A DNA stretch of 64,000 nucleotides from an uncultured Gammaproteobacteria bacterium (GCA_964397195.1 CAYNGY010000004.1:1923-65922), one strand, 5' to 3'. Shown: positions 1 to 11,232, numbered from the stretch's first letter. The notes: generated by a model from the sequence alone, not told the origin. Made by a program: numbers and translations.

Positions 1-669
1 GGTGCGGACCGCATGTGCAATCGAAGCCACGATGAGCTGTAACGACTTCGTTGCGTCGTCATTAGCCGGGATTGGGTACGTCAGCCCAGCCGGGTTCACA
101 TTCGTGTCACAGACTGCAACAATCGGAATATGCATGGCTTTCGCTTCATGGATAGCCGTTTTTTCCTGTTTCACATCGATAACAAAAATCGCTTCCGGTA
201 AGTGATCAAGTCCCGCGACTCCGCCGATAAGTTTCTCTAAGCGTTCAATTTCATTCTCGAAAGAGAGTGACTCTTTCTTGGTGTACTTGGCCCATACACC
301 CGTCGCGCGCTCTTCCTTCAAGCGATGTAGTTTCTGGCCAAGCTGACGAACTTGCGAAAAGTTTGTGAATAAGCCGCCGATCCAACGATCGACAATGAAC
401 GGCATGCCGACTTCCTCCGCCGCCGCTCGGACAATATCACGCGCTTGGCGCTTCGTCCCGACAAACAGGATCGAGCCGCCGCGTCCGACGAGGTCGTGCA
501 CAAAAACAGTCGCCTGATCCAAAGCGGCCTTGGTTTTTTCGAGATTAATAATGGAGACGCCGCCACGAGTCGTGAAAATGAACGGATCCATTTTCGGGTG
601 ACGACGACTTTGCTGATGGCCGAAATGAACTCCGGCTTTCAGCATATCGACCAATGAGAGGTCTGACAT
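1..669 (-). CDS. rpsB: 30S ribosomal protein S2 (C-terminus runs off the window start)
   Basis: Minus-strand translation from ATG at 669-667 reads MSDLSLVDMLKAGVHFGHQQSRRHPKMDPFIF...RW.GGLFTN, a typical S2. Absent from the ORF track because it has no in-window stop. Confidence 0.9.
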   Translation of the reverse strand, partial: MSDLSLVDMLKAGVHFGHQQSRRHPKMDPFIFTTRGGVSIINLEKTKAALDQATVFVHDLVGRGGSILFVGTKRQARDIVRAAAEEVGMPFIVDRWIGGLFTNFSQVRQLGQKLHRLKEERATGVWAKYTKKESLSFENEIERLEKLIGGVAGLDHLPEAIFVIDVKQEKTAIHEAKAMHIPIVAVCDTNVNPAGLTYPIPANDDATKSLQLIVASIAHAVRT

Positions 670-808
670 AATTGTACTTCTCCTTATATGTGCCCGGAAA
701 TCGGGCCCGCTACGCTGTTACCATGGCGCGGCTGATGGCCGCGAGGAGGTCTATAAACAGCGTATGTGAGATGAATGAGCGGTCATAGGATACCATAGTC
801 ACCCTGAC

Positions 809-837
809 TTGACAAGCCCGAAAACCGCCCGTATACT
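809..837 (+). promoter_or_regulatory. sigma70-type promoter for rpmE (TTGACA-17-TATACT), near-leaderless
   Basis: TTGACA at 809-814, 17-nt spacer, TATACT at 832-837. ATG of L31 at 848 is only about 4 nt past the predicted TSS. A divergent rpsB promoter overlaps on the minus strand. Confidence 0.5.
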
Positions 838-847
838 GCCACGGCCT

Positions 848-1138
848 ATGAAATCCTCGATTCACCCGAAATATTCACGGTCCGCGACAGTTACCTGTGC
901 CTGTGGCAACACGTTTACGACCGGTTCAACGGTTGAGGATATTCGTGTTGAAGTCTGTTCACGCTGTCACCCGTTCTACACCGGAAAGCAAAATCTCGTC
1001 GACAGCGCTGGCCGGGTGGACCGTTTCAAGAAACTTGTTGAAAAGAGCGGCACCAACGAACACCCCGTTCGAAGTAAGCGCGCCAAGCTCGAAGCAAAAA
1101 AGGCCCGCAAGGTCGCCAAGGCCACCAAAGAAGAATAA
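848..1138 (+). CDS. rpmE: 50S ribosomal protein L31 (Zn-ribbon type, Lys-rich C-terminal extension)
   Basis: MKSSIHPKY...VTCACGNTF...[12 protein letters not shown] motifs. The annotated ORF start at 809 lies inside the -35, so internal M14 was chosen. Confidence 0.85.
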   Translation: MKSSIHPKYSRSATVTCACGNTFTTGSTVEDIRVEVCSRCHPFYTGKQNLVDSAGRVDRFKKLVEKSGTNEHPVRSKRAKLEAKKARKVAKATKEE

Positions 1139-1181
1139 CGACACTCGCCCGCCGACCACCGGCGGGATTTGTCTATCACGT

Positions 1182-2255
1182 ATGGTTTTGCCGGATCGCA
1201 CCACCCTAACCACGCAACTTGAAGCCATTGAGGCTGATTTAGCGCGTCTCAGCACCGCCAACGATCAGGCTGCCCTGACCAAGGCATCAAAAAAGCATGC
1301 CGAGATAAGCGCCCTGCTGACCGACATCACCCATCTCGAGACCCTACACCAATCCGTCGATTCAACGCGGCTAACCGCCAATGATGACAGCGACCCGGAA
1401 CTTCAAGCAATGGCGACCGAGGAGTTGCCACGCCTCGAGAAGGAAATGGTTGAGCTGGAGCAAAATATCACCGAGCGCGTCCAGCCGAGCGACCCAAACG
1501 ACGAAAAAGATGTGATCGTCGAAATTCGGGCCGGCGCTGGCGGAGATGAAGCGGCCTTGTTTGCGGCCGAACTGATGCGAATGTACGCCCGCTATGCCGA
1601 ACGCAAAGAGTGGAAAACAAACCTCCTCTCTTCGAGCCACACCGGGATCGGCGGATTAAAAGAAGTCATCTTTGAAATCCACGGCGACCGTGTGTATCGT
1701 CTCATGAAATATGAGAGCGGTGTTCACCGGGTTCAGCGCGTCCCGGAAACAGAAAAAAGCGGTCGCGTTCATACCTCAACGGTGACGGTCGCGGTGGTAC
1801 CAATCGCCGAAGAAGAAGATCTAGTGATTGACCCGAAGGATCTGAAAATTGTGGCCTCAACATCGAGCGGTGCCGGCGGACAGTCGGTCAATACAACCTA
1901 TTCCGCCATCCGCCTGACCCATATCCCGACCGGCATCATGGTTTCGATGCAGGACGAACGATCACAAACCCAAAACAAAATTAAAGCGATGCAAGTTCTG
2001 CGATCCCGTCTGCTCGCTCGGCAAGAAGAAGAACGTCGCGCTCGCGATTCCGCGCTGCGAAAGAGTCAGATTGGCTCCGGCGATCGATCAGAAAAAATTC
2101 GTACCTACAACATCCCCCAAGACCGGGTCACCGACCACCGTATCAAGCTCACCTTGCACACCGTTCCAGCGATTCTTGATGGTGATCTCGATCAATTTAC
2201 GTCCGCCCTGCGAAAGGCTGATCTTGATGGCCAGGCCCCTGCTGACAATTCGTGA
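1182..2255 (+). CDS. prfA: peptide chain release factor 1
   Basis: GGQ motif ([12 protein letters not shown]), RF-1 domain sequence. The long track ORF 897..2255 has a spurious 5' extension overlapping rpmE; start set at MVLPDRTT (ATG 1182). Confidence 0.9.
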   Translation: MVLPDRTTLTTQLEAIEADLARLSTANDQAALTKASKKHAEISALLTDITHLETLHQSVDSTRLTANDDSDPELQAMATEELPRLEKEMVELEQNITERVQPSDPNDEKDVIVEIRAGAGGDEAALFAAELMRMYARYAERKEWKTNLLSSSHTGIGGLKEVIFEIHGDRVYRLMKYESGVHRVQRVPETEKSGRVHTSTVTVAVVPIAEEEDLVIDPKDLKIVASTSSGAGGQSVNTTYSAIRLTHIPTGIMVSMQDERSQTQNKIKAMQVLRSRLLARQEEERRARDSALRKSQIGSGDRSEKIRTYNIPQDRVTDHRIKLTLHTVPAILDGDLDQFTSALRKADLDGQAPADNS

Positions 2256-3069
2256 CCTATTGCGGCACGGCCGGAGCCTCCTCAGCCCGACGATCGCCCA
2301 GTCCGGACCGGAATCACTTGCGCTCCTAGCGACCGCCAGTAAAAAACCGGACACCTGGCTACTAGCCCACGATACCGAAGTGCTTCCACGTAATGCCCGG
2401 CGTACCTTTTTGCGCTGGGTCGGTGACCGCCGACGTGGTAAACCGTTTGCATACCTCGTTGGCTGGCAACCATTTGCCGGTCATCGCATCCGCGTCACAC
2501 CGGCTGTACTCATCCCCCGACCGGCGACCGAGACCTTGGTGGCCGATCTGCTTGCGCGGTACCAAAACCATACACAGCTTCGTGTTCTCGACGTCGGCAC
2601 CGGGAGCGGATGCATTGCCATTGCCATCGCGGCCGCCCAACCAACATGGACCGTCGAGGCGATTGAGCCATCCACCACCGCTCGTGCCGTGGCCACAAAA
2701 AATATTCGTCAGCTCGTCCCTCATCGTGTAAAACTGTTCGCAACGTTCCATCAGGTTCAGCATCATACCTACGACATTATTGTCGCCAACTTGCCATATC
2801 TGACCGCGGCCGAGCGTCGCCACCCCTCGCTTCGGTACGAACCGACGAGCGCCCTCGTTGGCGGTGGACGCGATGGTGGGAATGACATTCGGACGCTTAT
2901 CGGATCTATCGCCCATCCACCGTGTCGAGAACTACTTCTTGAGTGTCTCCCTCGACAATATCGCGCCATTCACAGCATGCTAAAGTCCACCTGGCCTCAC
3001 TACAACATATCCCGCCAAGTTGCCCCGGGCGGGATTGTCATCGGCGTTCGCGCCGCTCGAAAAAATTAG
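2227..3069 (+). CDS. prmC: release factor glutamine N5-methyltransferase PrmC/HemK
   Basis: SAM-MTase motif [16 protein letters not shown] and NLPY variant of the NPPY motif. Overlaps the prfA end, the classic prfA-prmC pair. Confidence 0.85.
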   Translation: MARPLLTIRDLLRHGRSLLSPTIAQSGPESLALLATASKKPDTWLLAHDTEVLPRNARRTFLRWVGDRRRGKPFAYLVGWQPFAGHRIRVTPAVLIPRPATETLVADLLARYQNHTQLRVLDVGTGSGCIAIAIAAAQPTWTVEAIEPSTTARAVATKNIRQLVPHRVKLFATFHQVQHHTYDIIVANLPYLTAAERRHPSLRYEPTSALVGGGRDGGNDIRTLIGSIAHPPCRELLLECLPRQYRAIHSMLKSTWPHYNISRQVAPGGIVIGVRAARKN

Positions 3070-4307
3070 TACGTAACCGAGCGATCCGTCGGCACCACTT
3101 CTACCCAAGTCGTACCGCGAGTGAGCGTCACTACGGCACCATCGGCATCGTAGAATTGGGTGCGGTTTGTGGTGGCCTCTTTCTTCCACGTCCCGACGAT
3201 CGTGACCCCATCGTGGAAAATAAGTGCCTTCCCTTGCCCAACCGTCGCCATCTTTAAACGCTGTTTCTCATTCGGATACAGTGTGGTTGGCACATACTGG
3301 ACAATAACATTTTTGGCCGACAAGGCGACTCCGTCTCGAGTCACATGCGCTTCATTCCCATTTTTTCGCGCGTAGACATTATCTTCGCGGTTATAGGTAT
3401 ACGTGACACGGTAGCTGAGCGACGAGAAATTAATAACGATGTCCTTGACGGTCGCCGGTCGATCTGCGAATTCGGACTCATCCGCATAGGCCCAACCGGT
3501 AAATGTACTCTTGGTATTCTTCGCCACCTGAGTCAGAGCCTGGTTAATCGATTGCCCGCTCGTGTACAGGTTATGTGGTGCATAGCGTTTTCGGTCGCGC
3601 CAGAAGTAAGGACTCTTTGTAAATTGATTGAAGTCAACGACCGTTGTTTTGCTCTGCCGTAACAGATCGAGCGCCTGCGGGCTCCCGCCAGCGTGAATAT
3701 AGAGTGGCGCATTGTACTCGCTGGCCCAATCAACAAAATACGGGCGGGCCGAGCGGACCGGACCGATTTCCTTTGGCATATCGGTTGTCGCGAACATCGC
3801 TAAGAACCGAGTAATACCGCCCTCAGCCAGGGCCTCATAGACAACTTTGGCCCGGTCAATGCCCGATGGAGGTCGCGAAGCCGACATGTTCTCAATCATC
3901 ACCGCGGCTAAGGCCGGATTGGTCTCCGCTGCAGTCACCTCAACACCATCGAGAATTCGTGGCGCTAATTCCTCGGCAACATTCGTGTTCACTGGTTCAT
4001 TCGTATTCGTCGGTACTTCTGCTACCGGCTGCGACCAGTACAGATACCCGCCCACGGCGGCTCCCGCTAAGACGACAACACCAAGCACCACCCATACCCA
4101 TACCGGGATACGAGCTTTTGGCTTGGCATCATTTCGAACAATGGAAGGTTTTGGCGTTGCGGTGGGTGTCGAAGGATCCGACGCAACCGGTGAGGCCTTC
4201 TTGCCTCCCTTTTTTACGGGCGGCACTGGTTCAGGCGCAGACTCAGTCGGAAGCGTATCAGGAAACTCAGCCGGCTCGGTAACTTTTTGTCGTTTTGGTT
4301 TTGCCAT
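3066..4307 (-). CDS. DUF3048 (YerB-like) membrane-anchored protein
   Basis: N-terminal Pro/Thr-rich region then a single TM (IPVWVWVVLGVVVLAGAAVGGYLYW), then a globular domain resembling the DUF3048 N/C domains. Convergent with prmC. Confidence 0.5.
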   Translation of the reverse strand: MAKPKRQKVTEPAEFPDTLPTESAPEPVPPVKKGGKKASPVASDPSTPTATPKPSIVRNDAKPKARIPVWVWVVLGVVVLAGAAVGGYLYWSQPVAEVPTNTNEPVNTNVAEELAPRILDGVEVTAAETNPALAAVMIENMSASRPPSGIDRAKVVYEALAEGGITRFLAMFATTDMPKEIGPVRSARPYFVDWASEYNAPLYIHAGGSPQALDLLRQSKTTVVDFNQFTKSPYFWRDRKRYAPHNLYTSGQSINQALTQVAKNTKSTFTGWAYADESEFADRPATVKDIVINFSSLSYRVTYTYNREDNVYARKNGNEAHVTRDGVALSAKNVIVQYVPTTLYPNEKQRLKMATVGQGKALIFHDGVTIVGTWKKEATTNRTQFYDADGAVVTLTRGTTWVEVVPTDRSVTY

Positions 4308-4319
4308 AGGTCGTTGGGA

Positions 4320-5003
4320 TTAGGTCTTTTCAGTGGTTGATTCGGTTCCTTCTTCGGCTGCTTCCTCTTCCTTCCCCTTCTTCTCAACTTCGACCGTGCT
4401 CACATCTTCCTTCACATCGGCACTCAAGGCCTCGAGTTCGGCCTCGCTTCGAGGAGCGGCGACACTCGCGACGACTTCTTCACCGCTAATCATGGCCGTA
4501 ATTCCAGTCGGCAAGACAAGATCCGCGACATGGATTCGATCTTCAAACGTTTTGAGGGCGCTGATATCAACGGCAATGGACGGCACCAAGTCACCTGGCA
4601 AAGCGGTGATTTTCAGTTTATCGAGCGTGCGGATGAGAATACCGCCCTGTTCCTTAACAGCTGGTGATTCCCCAGTAAACTCAAGGTCAACGTCCGCTTC
4701 AATTTTTTCAGTCATGCGCACCTGATAGAAGTCAACGTGCATCACGGTTTGCTTCGTTGGGTGACGCTGGACACCATGGATTAGCACTGCCACTGGTTTT
4801 GCATCATCAACAACTAAATCGACCAAACTGGTCGAACCAGCGGCCTTGTACAGTTTCACAAATTCACCCAGATCAATATCAAGGGTTTGGCTCGTTAAGC
4901 CGTGTCCATAGACAATTGCCGGCACGCGTCGTTCGCGACGCAGGTGATCAACGAGTTTGCCGACAACAGAGCGTCGGCGAGCGGTAAGCACGGGATGGTT
5001 CAT
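4320..5003 (-). CDS. rplY: 50S ribosomal protein L25 / general stress protein Ctc
   Basis: L25 N-domain (VPAIVYGHG...) plus Ctc-type C-domain with an acidic tail. Confidence 0.85.
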   Translation of the reverse strand: MNHPVLTARRRSVVGKLVDHLRRERRVPAIVYGHGLTSQTLDIDLGEFVKLYKAAGSTSLVDLVVDDAKPVAVLIHGVQRHPTKQTVMHVDFYQVRMTEKIEADVDLEFTGESPAVKEQGGILIRTLDKLKITALPGDLVPSIAVDISALKTFEDRIHVADLVLPTGITAMISGEEVVASVAAPRSEAELEALSADVKEDVSTVEVEKKGKEEEAAEEGTESTTEKT

Positions 5004-5041
5004 ACGGTATTCAAGTCAATCAAGGGCAGGTTCCGGTCGGA

Positions 5042-5443
5042 TTACTCCCGCCGAAAAATCTGCATACGGTCCTCGTTCGCAATAAACGCTTCCGAAAAGT
5101 CGATCACATCATCCTCGCTCACTGAGTGTTGATCGCTCCGATCAACGACCTCGGCGGGCGTTAAATCTGTCATCGCGCCAACCGTGCTGACGCCATCAGG
5201 GCGAGCGGTCACAATCGCCAGGGAAGCCGTTCCGCAACGACGGCACTGCAGATAGAGCAAGTGCGCATCGTTTTGGACTGCTAATACGTGGGACTGGACC
5301 GGTTGAAACGCCGACTCACACAACGGACAAGACATAAAGACCGAAGCCTCTGATCCTGACCCTTGCGGGGATGATGCCGGTGACGGGACATTCATAGCAA
5401 ACGAACGTGGCCATACGGTACCACTTGTCCTCGCCCGAGTCAA
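5042..5443 (-). CDS. hypothetical Zn-ribbon protein (CPLC...CRRC); start uncertain (5395 or 5335 likely)
   Basis: Two CxxC pairs and an acidic C-terminus. Sits 4 nt downstream of the rodA stop, so probably co-transcribed. Confidence 0.4.
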   Translation of the reverse strand: MTRARTSGTVWPRSFAMNVPSPASSPQGSGSEASVFMSCPLCESAFQPVQSHVLAVQNDAHLLYLQCRRCGTASLAIVTARPDGVSTVGAMTDLTPAEVVDRSDQHSVSEDDVIDFSEAFIANEDRMQIFRRE

Positions 5444-5447
5444 GTCG

Positions 5448-6563
5448 TTAGGCGGAAAGGCGCGAGGAAAGTCGAATGGAGATGCTTTCCAGTATCCCGA
5501 GGCTCAAAAAACCACCTAATAATGAGCTTCCCCCATAACTCACATACGGCAACGGAATACCGGTCACCGGTAAGACCCCAAGATTCATCCCAATATTTAC
5601 CAGGACATGGATAAAAATCACCCCACCCAAGCCGATGATCAGGTAACCAGTGAACCCATCGACCGCCCGACCGAAGAGTCTGACCAGCCGCAAAAAGTAG
5701 AATCCAAAAAGAATAATCACGGTCCCGCCTCCAAGGAATCCGAGCTCCTCGCTAATCGAAGCAAAGATGAAGTCTGTTTGTCGCTCCGGTAAAAACTCAA
5801 GTTGTGACTGTGGGCCGAGACCAAGCCCTCGACCGAATAACTGACCCGAACCAATCGCGGCTAGCGCCTGTCGAACATTGTAGCCCGCTCCCTGCGGATC
5901 GCTCGCCGGTTGAACAAAAGTGATGATGCGTTTTTTCTGGTAAGGCTTTAGTACCGTCGCCCAACTCAGCGCGCCGACAACTGCCGCAATGCCGAGGAGA
6001 ATAAAGAGATACCGTCGTGGTGTCGGCGAGACTAAGAGCATCATCCCCCACATGCCAAGCATGACAATCGCTGAACCGAAGTCTGGTTGGACCATGACCA
6101 AGACGACCGGTACGGCCACCACCACGCCCGTACGAAAAATAAACATCCAGCTCTGCGCGACGGCCCGTTGATCACTCATGATTTTTGCCAACACAATTGC
6201 CAATATGACTTTCATTACCTCAACCGGCTGGAGTTGGACAAAGCCAAAGGAAAACCAACCCGTCGTCCCCCGGACCGTTTGACCGAACAGTAACACGCCA
6301 ACGAGAAGCGCGTTTCCGACACCGTACAATACCCAGTGTAGCCCGCCAAAAAGTCGATAATCGAGTGTCATCAGGTACAACGCCAGGATCAATCCGGCGG
6401 CGATGAACCCAAGCTGGCGATAGAATGTTAGTCGGTTCGCGGCATCGGCGTTCATGCTAAAACTGAACAAGGCCGCCAAACCGATAAAGGTCAGTAGCAA
6501 AGTGATCGTCAGCACTCCAACGTCCATGCGGCGGACACTCGCGCCGAATCCAAGCGAAGCCAT
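5448..6563 (-). CDS. SEDS-family peptidoglycan glycosyltransferase FtsW/RodA
   Basis: About 10 TM segments and conserved SEDS blocks (GLGxGxQS...LPExxTDFIF, GxxPVTGIPLPFxSYGGSS). Confidence 0.85.
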   Translation of the reverse strand: MASLGFGASVRRMDVGVLTITLLLTFIGLAALFSFSMNADAANRLTFYRQLGFIAAGLILALYLMTLDYRLFGGLHWVLYGVGNALLVGVLLFGQTVRGTTGWFSFGFVQLQPVEVMKVILAIVLAKIMSDQRAVAQSWMFIFRTGVVVAVPVVLVMVQPDFGSAIVMLGMWGMMLLVSPTPRRYLFILLGIAAVVGALSWATVLKPYQKKRIITFVQPASDPQGAGYNVRQALAAIGSGQLFGRGLGLGPQSQLEFLPERQTDFIFASISEELGFLGGGTVIILFGFYFLRLVRLFGRAVDGFTGYLIIGLGGVIFIHVLVNIGMNLGVLPVTGIPLPYVSYGGSSLLGGFLSLGILESISIRLSSRLSA

Positions 6564-6564
6564 G

Positions 6565-7380
6565 TTAGAAGCGGTTCGAGGCGTCGAAGGCGCTGACGGA
6601 TGGTTTTACCTCCACCGTCGAAACGCTCGAAATCGGGTAGGTCCAGCTAGTCCCTATCTTTTTTGTTTCTCGGGATTTCCAGCGGTCAATCACGAGCTCC
6701 TCAACGGCGACAATTCCCTGTGATGAACGAACGATGATCGGCACTCGCACCTGGTAGTAGTTATAAACCGATTCATTCCGAACGGCCGCCTGGACGGCAA
6801 TGGTATCAATACTCGCGCCACGAATGGGAACTTGGGTCCCTGACCATGTCGGCGTCTCGATCGTAAAGCTCGGCAATGGGGTGCGGCTCGTTGACCGAGA
6901 CCATTCTGCCACCACGGCCGAAAGCGTCGGCTGGACATCAGCCGCTAAGGCGATATTCTGGACCATCACCGGACGATCCTCCCCGGGATTCACCCAGGTG
7001 GTCTGAGTTGACGTCGACGTCGATCCTAAGACAAACGTATATTGCACTTTCGCCGCCCCCCAGTCAGCATTTGTATTTTTCAGAAAACCAACAACATCAA
7101 CATGCTGTGCATCACGGCGAATGATCGTCAGATCGTGCACGTTCAGCGTCGTTGGCTGGCCGAGCGCGCGCGGCGAAAATATTGACAAACGCCGTCCAAG
7201 ATCATGAATCCTCGTGGTGATGTGCCCAGCCTGCGCCGTAGCCAGTCCCACCGCCGAAAGGGCCCAAATGCCAGAAATGAAAATAACCATCAGAAGCATA
7301 ATCGCCCACCACCGGCGTAATGTGGCTTTATGACTAACGAACCAATACCCTATTGCCAGCGGAATATCGCGTGAAGGCAT
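6565..7380 (-). CDS. hypothetical membrane-anchored protein (N-terminal TM, large extracytoplasmic domain), in operon with the SEDS gene
   Basis: ORF 6565..7464. Internal start M29 (7380) preferred because the upstream part would overlap the divergent gene starting at 7458. Stop abuts the SEDS start. Confidence 0.45.
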   Translation of the reverse strand: MPSRDIPLAIGYWFVSHKATLRRWWAIMLLMVIFISGIWALSAVGLATAQAGHITTRIHDLGRRLSIFSPRALGQPTTLNVHDLTIIRRDAQHVDVVGFLKNTNADWGAAKVQYTFVLGSTSTSTQTTWVNPGEDRPVMVQNIALAADVQPTLSAVVAEWSRSTSRTPLPSFTIETPTWSGTQVPIRGASIDTIAVQAAVRNESVYNYYQVRVPIIVRSSQGIVAVEELVIDRWKSRETKKIGTSWTYPISSVSTVEVKPSVSAFDASNRF

Positions 7381-7457
7381 GTCAGGAGAGTACCAAAACG
7401 GACCGCTCGTCGCAAGTCGGCGTGACCAACTCCCATCCGATATGGTATGCTGTGGAC

Positions 7458-7763
7458 ATGTCAAAAGACATCCTTTTCATCAGCCTCTCCGTCGCCGCAC
7501 TCGTCGGTACGGCTTTTTGGGTGATTCTACTAGCCGAGATGATTAAGATCTTGCGGTCAGTCGAACGAACCGTCACCGCCTTTGAAACACGGCTGCGCAC
7601 CATTGATGATATTCTTCAGACCCTGCGGGATAAAATTTCTTCTACCCACATCGAATTGGTTGCCTTGGCTCAAGGTGTAAAATCGCTCATTGGATTCTTT
7701 GCGAACCGGCGTTCAGCCCGCCGTTCCAGCACACGCGCATCAGCGCCCGCGGACGACGAATAG
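7458..7763 (+). CDS. small membrane protein (single TM plus coiled-coil, DUF948-like)
   Basis: MSKDILFISLSVAALVGTAFWVILLAEMIK... Directly upstream of dnaE. Confidence 0.5.
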   Translation: MSKDILFISLSVAALVGTAFWVILLAEMIKILRSVERTVTAFETRLRTIDDILQTLRDKISSTHIELVALAQGVKSLIGFFANRRSARRSSTRASAPADDE

Positions 7764-7812
7764 GTCCCGTGGTCGTGATGAAGCTGGTCCCGAGGTTCGG
7801 GATCGTTTACGC

Positions 7813-10800
7813 ATGTCTACATCATTCGTCAATCTCCACGTTCATAGCCACTTTTCGCTGCTCGACGGTCTACCGAAGATCGACGAGTTAGTGACGTGTG
7901 CCAAAGAGCAGGGTGCAACCGCCCTGGCCCTGACTGATCATGGCAACCTGTACGGCGCCATTGAATTTTACCAAAAAGCTACCGCCGCCGGCATCAAGCC
8001 GATTATTGGTGTTGAGATCTATGTTGCCCCAAACAAGCACACCGAAAAACGCCCAAAGGTCGATGAACATGCATACCATCTGACACTACTGGCCGAGAAT
8101 AACACCGGGTATCGCAACCTGATCGCCCTCGTCACCGCCGCTCACCTTGAAGGATTTTACTATAAGCCGCGTGTCGATCACGATCTGCTCGCCAAGCACG
8201 CGGAAGGGGTCATTGCCTTAAGCGGCTGTTTAAAGGGCGAAATTGCTGGTGCGATCCTCTCCGGCCGCGACTCGGAAGCGCGTAAACTAATAGCGTGGTA
8301 TCAGGAAGCATTCGGACCAAAAAACTTTTTTCTTGAGCTCCAGGATCATCCGACGATTCCCGAGCAAGGGAAGCTGAATACCGCTTTAATTGCTTACGGG
8401 CAAGAGCTGGGTATTCCCCTCGTCGCGACCACAGATTCACACTACCTCCGACCCGATGACGCAGAAGCCCAAGACATTCTCCTCTGCATCCACATGAAGC
8501 GACAGATCAGTGACCCTGATCGTCTTTCGATGCGGCATGCTGATTTCTCGCTTCGGCCAGCTGACGACATGATTGCGGCTTTTTCCCATGTTCCAGCAGC
8601 GATTACCAATACGGTCGCTATCGCGGAACGTTGTGACGTCACTATTAAACTTGGACAGGTCCAGCTCCCCCACTATCAGGTCCCGGCTGGCCAGACCGCC
8701 GAACAATACCTGCGACAATTGGCAGAAGAAGGTATCCCGCGACGGTACGGCAGCGAAACACCGGCTGTTCGTGAACGTCTTGAGTATGAACTCTCGGTAA
8801 TCGACAAAACCGGCTTCGCCTCATACTTTTTGATTGTCCAAGATTTTGTGAACTGGTCAAAACAACATGGGATTATCGTCGGCCCTGGTCGCGGCTCGGC
8901 GGCTGGTTCGATCGTGTCATACCTTTTGAATATCACCAACGTCGACCCGATCATGTACGATCTCCTGTTTGAGCGATTTCTCAACCCGGAACGTATCGCC
9001 ATGCCGGATATTGATATTGATTTTGCTGACACGCGTCGAGACGAAGTAATCCGCTATGTTGAATCGCGCTACGGGAAGGACCACGTCGCCCAAATTATCA
9101 CCTTTGGAACCATGGCCGCTCGCGCGGCGATTCGCGACGTTGGTCGGGTACTCGGTTTTCCGTATACCTATTGTGATCGCGTCGCAAAACTGATCCCGAT
9201 GTTTTCGTCACTCTCCCAAGCCTTAGAGCATGTTCCGGAATTGAAAGAGATCTACGAAAACGATGAGGAGGCAAAGCGGCTGATCGATGGCGCCATGAAG
9301 CTCGAGGGCGTCGCGCGTCACGCGTCACGCCACGCCTGCGGCGTGGTCATCACCAAAGACCCGCTGATTGCCAACGTGCCTCTGCAATATGCGGGGCCAG
9401 ATGACGATTCAATTATCTCTCAGTACTCGTTGCATCCGATTGAAGATCTTGGCCTCTTAAAAATGGACTTCCTTGGTCTTTCAAACTTAACGATCCTTGA
9501 GACCTGTCTCCAGATGATTCAAAAGTCGCGCGGCATCACCATCGACTTAGACACCATTCCGCTCGAGGACAAGAAGACGTTCCGCCTCCTCCAACGCGGG
9601 GAAACGACCGGGGTCTTTCAGCTCGAATCGAGTGGCATGAAACGGTATTTACGCGAGCTGAAGCCGACCTCGATCGAAGATATCATCGCTATGGTGGCCT
9701 TATACCGTCCGGGACCGATGGAGCTTATCCCCCAGTTCATTGCCGGGAAACACGGCACCTACAAACCAACCTACCTAGATCCGCGATTGAAACCAATTCT
9801 CGAAAAGACGTACGGCGTAGCCGTCTACCAAGAACAAGTCATGCAAATGGCTCGCGATGTCGCCGGCTTCACCCTTGGCGAAGCAGATGTGCTTCGAAAA
9901 GCCGTCGGAAAAAAGATTATGAAGCTGCTGCAAGAACAGAAGGAGAAATTCGTCGAGGGGGCGGTAAAAAATGGCGTCAAGAAGCTGGCGGCCGAGAAGA
10001 TTTTCGAGTTCATTGAACCATTTGCCCGATACGGATTTAACCGATCCCACGCCGCCTGCTATGCGGTCATAGCCTACCAGACCGCCTACTGCAAAGCTAA
10101 CTATCCAGCCGAGTTCATGGCGGCTCTCCTCACCTCTGACCAACATAACACCGACCGGATAGCGATCGAAATCGAAGAGGCCCGTCGTATGCAACTCGAA
10201 GTGTTGGCACCTGACATCAATCAGAGTGAGGGGTCGTTCACCGTTCACGCCGACGATAAAAAGAAGTTCACCAAAATCCGATTTGGTCTTAACGCAATAA
10301 AAAATGTCGGCGAGCACTTGGTGGAGGCCATCATCGCCGAACGCTCGTCCGGACCGTTTGTCTCGATCGAGGATCTTCTCCGCCGCGTTCAGCACAAGGA
10401 TTTAAATAAGAAGTCACTCGAAAGCTTAATCAAAGTTGGTGCACTTGAAAACTGGGGTGAACGTCAAACACTGCTGACCAATTTACCTGAACTCCTTAAA
10501 TTTGCAAAAACGATATCGGAAGAAATCGCTCGAAAGCAAACTAATCTCTTTGGGGCGCTCCCGGTCGCCTTCTCCCCGACCATCCGTCTCGCGCCGGCTG
10601 AACCGGCGAGTCGCGGCACTCGCAGCCAATGGGAGAAGGACCTGCTAGGGTTTTACCTGACCGATCATCCGTTGAATGAGCACCGTGACGTATTGGCCGG
10701 CCTAACCCTCCCCATTCAAGAAGCTCGAGAAAAACGTGGCCGCGGGATAAAGATCGGCGGACTGATTAGCAGTGTTAAGCGTATTTCCACGAAACGGAAT

Positions 10801-11232
10801 GAATTAATGATGTTCGTCCGCCTCGAGGACCACACCGGATCGGCCGAAGCCGTCATTTTCCCAAAAACCTACGCCGCGACATCAGCCATGTGGGAACCTG
10901 ATCGATTGGTGGTCGTCGAAGGGCAAGCCGATCAACGTGATAGCGAATGGAAAATTCTGGTTGACAAAGTTTGGGACCTAAAAACGCTCGCCGCCCAAAA
11001 GAAACCGGCCAAAAAAATACGGATCCGAGTCGATTTGACCACCGCCACCCCAGCCATTTTTGCCAGTTTACGTGACATATTAGGTCGTTTTCCTGGCCCG
11101 ACACCAGTCGAACTGCATGCAGTGCGTGGGACACAATCCAAGGCTATGCCAACCGAGTTTTCCATCGCCCTTACGCCGGAGGCTCGAGAGCATTTGGAGT
11201 CATTGCTCGGAGAGTGTATCCTACCTGAGTAA
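7813..11232 (+). CDS. dnaE: DNA polymerase III alpha subunit
   Basis: PHP domain (LHVHSHFSLLDG), polIII alpha core, OB-fold C-terminus. 1139 aa from ATG 7813. Confidence 0.95.
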   Translation: MSTSFVNLHVHSHFSLLDGLPKIDELVTCAKEQGATALALTDHGNLYGAIEFYQKATAAGIKPIIGVEIYVAPNKHTEKRPKVDEHAYHLTLLAENNTGYRNLIALVTAAHLEGFYYKPRVDHDLLAKHAEGVIALSGCLKGEIAGAILSGRDSEARKLIAWYQEAFGPKNFFLELQDHPTIPEQGKLNTALIAYGQELGIPLVATTDSHYLRPDDAEAQDILLCIHMKRQISDPDRLSMRHADFSLRPADDMIAAFSHVPAAITNTVAIAERCDVTIKLGQVQLPHYQVPAGQTAEQYLRQLAEEGIPRRYGSETPAVRERLEYELSVIDKTGFASYFLIVQDFVNWSKQHGIIVGPGRGSAAGSIVSYLLNITNVDPIMYDLLFERFLNPERIAMPDIDIDFADTRRDEVIRYVESRYGKDHVAQIITFGTMAARAAIRDVGRVLGFPYTYCDRVAKLIPMFSSLSQALEHVPELKEIYENDEEAKRLIDGAMKLEGVARHASRHACGVVITKDPLIANVPLQYAGPDDDSIISQYSLHPIEDLGLLKMDFLGLSNLTILETCLQMIQKSRGITIDLDTIPLEDKKTFRLLQRGETTGVFQLESSGMKRYLRELKPTSIEDIIAMVALYRPGPMELIPQFIAGKHGTYKPTYLDPRLKPILEKTYGVAVYQEQVMQMARDVAGFTLGEADVLRKAVGKKIMKLLQEQKEKFVEGAVKNGVKKLAAEKIFEFIEPFARYGFNRSHAACYAVIAYQTAYCKANYPAEFMAALLTSDQHNTDRIAIEIEEARRMQLEVLAPDINQSEGSFTVHADDKKKFTKIRFGLNAIKNVGEHLVEAIIAERSSGPFVSIEDLLRRVQHKDLNKKSLESLIKVGALENWGERQTLLTNLPELLKFAKTISEEIARKQTNLFGALPVAFSPTIRLAPAEPASRGTRSQWEKDLLGFYLTDHPLNEHRDVLAGLTLPIQEAREKRGRGIKIGGLISSVKRISTKRNELMMFVRLEDHTGSAEAVIFPKTYAATSAMWEPDRLVVVEGQADQRDSEWKILVDKVWDLKTLAAQKKPAKKIRIRVDLTTATPAIFASLRDILGRFPGPTPVELHAVRGTQSKAMPTEFSIALTPEAREHLESLLGECILPE

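Noticed and set aside
897-2255. 452-aa ORF as a single protein
   Set aside because: The N-terminal 95 codons overlap rpmE in another frame and have no homology. Release factor 1 begins at ATG 1182.
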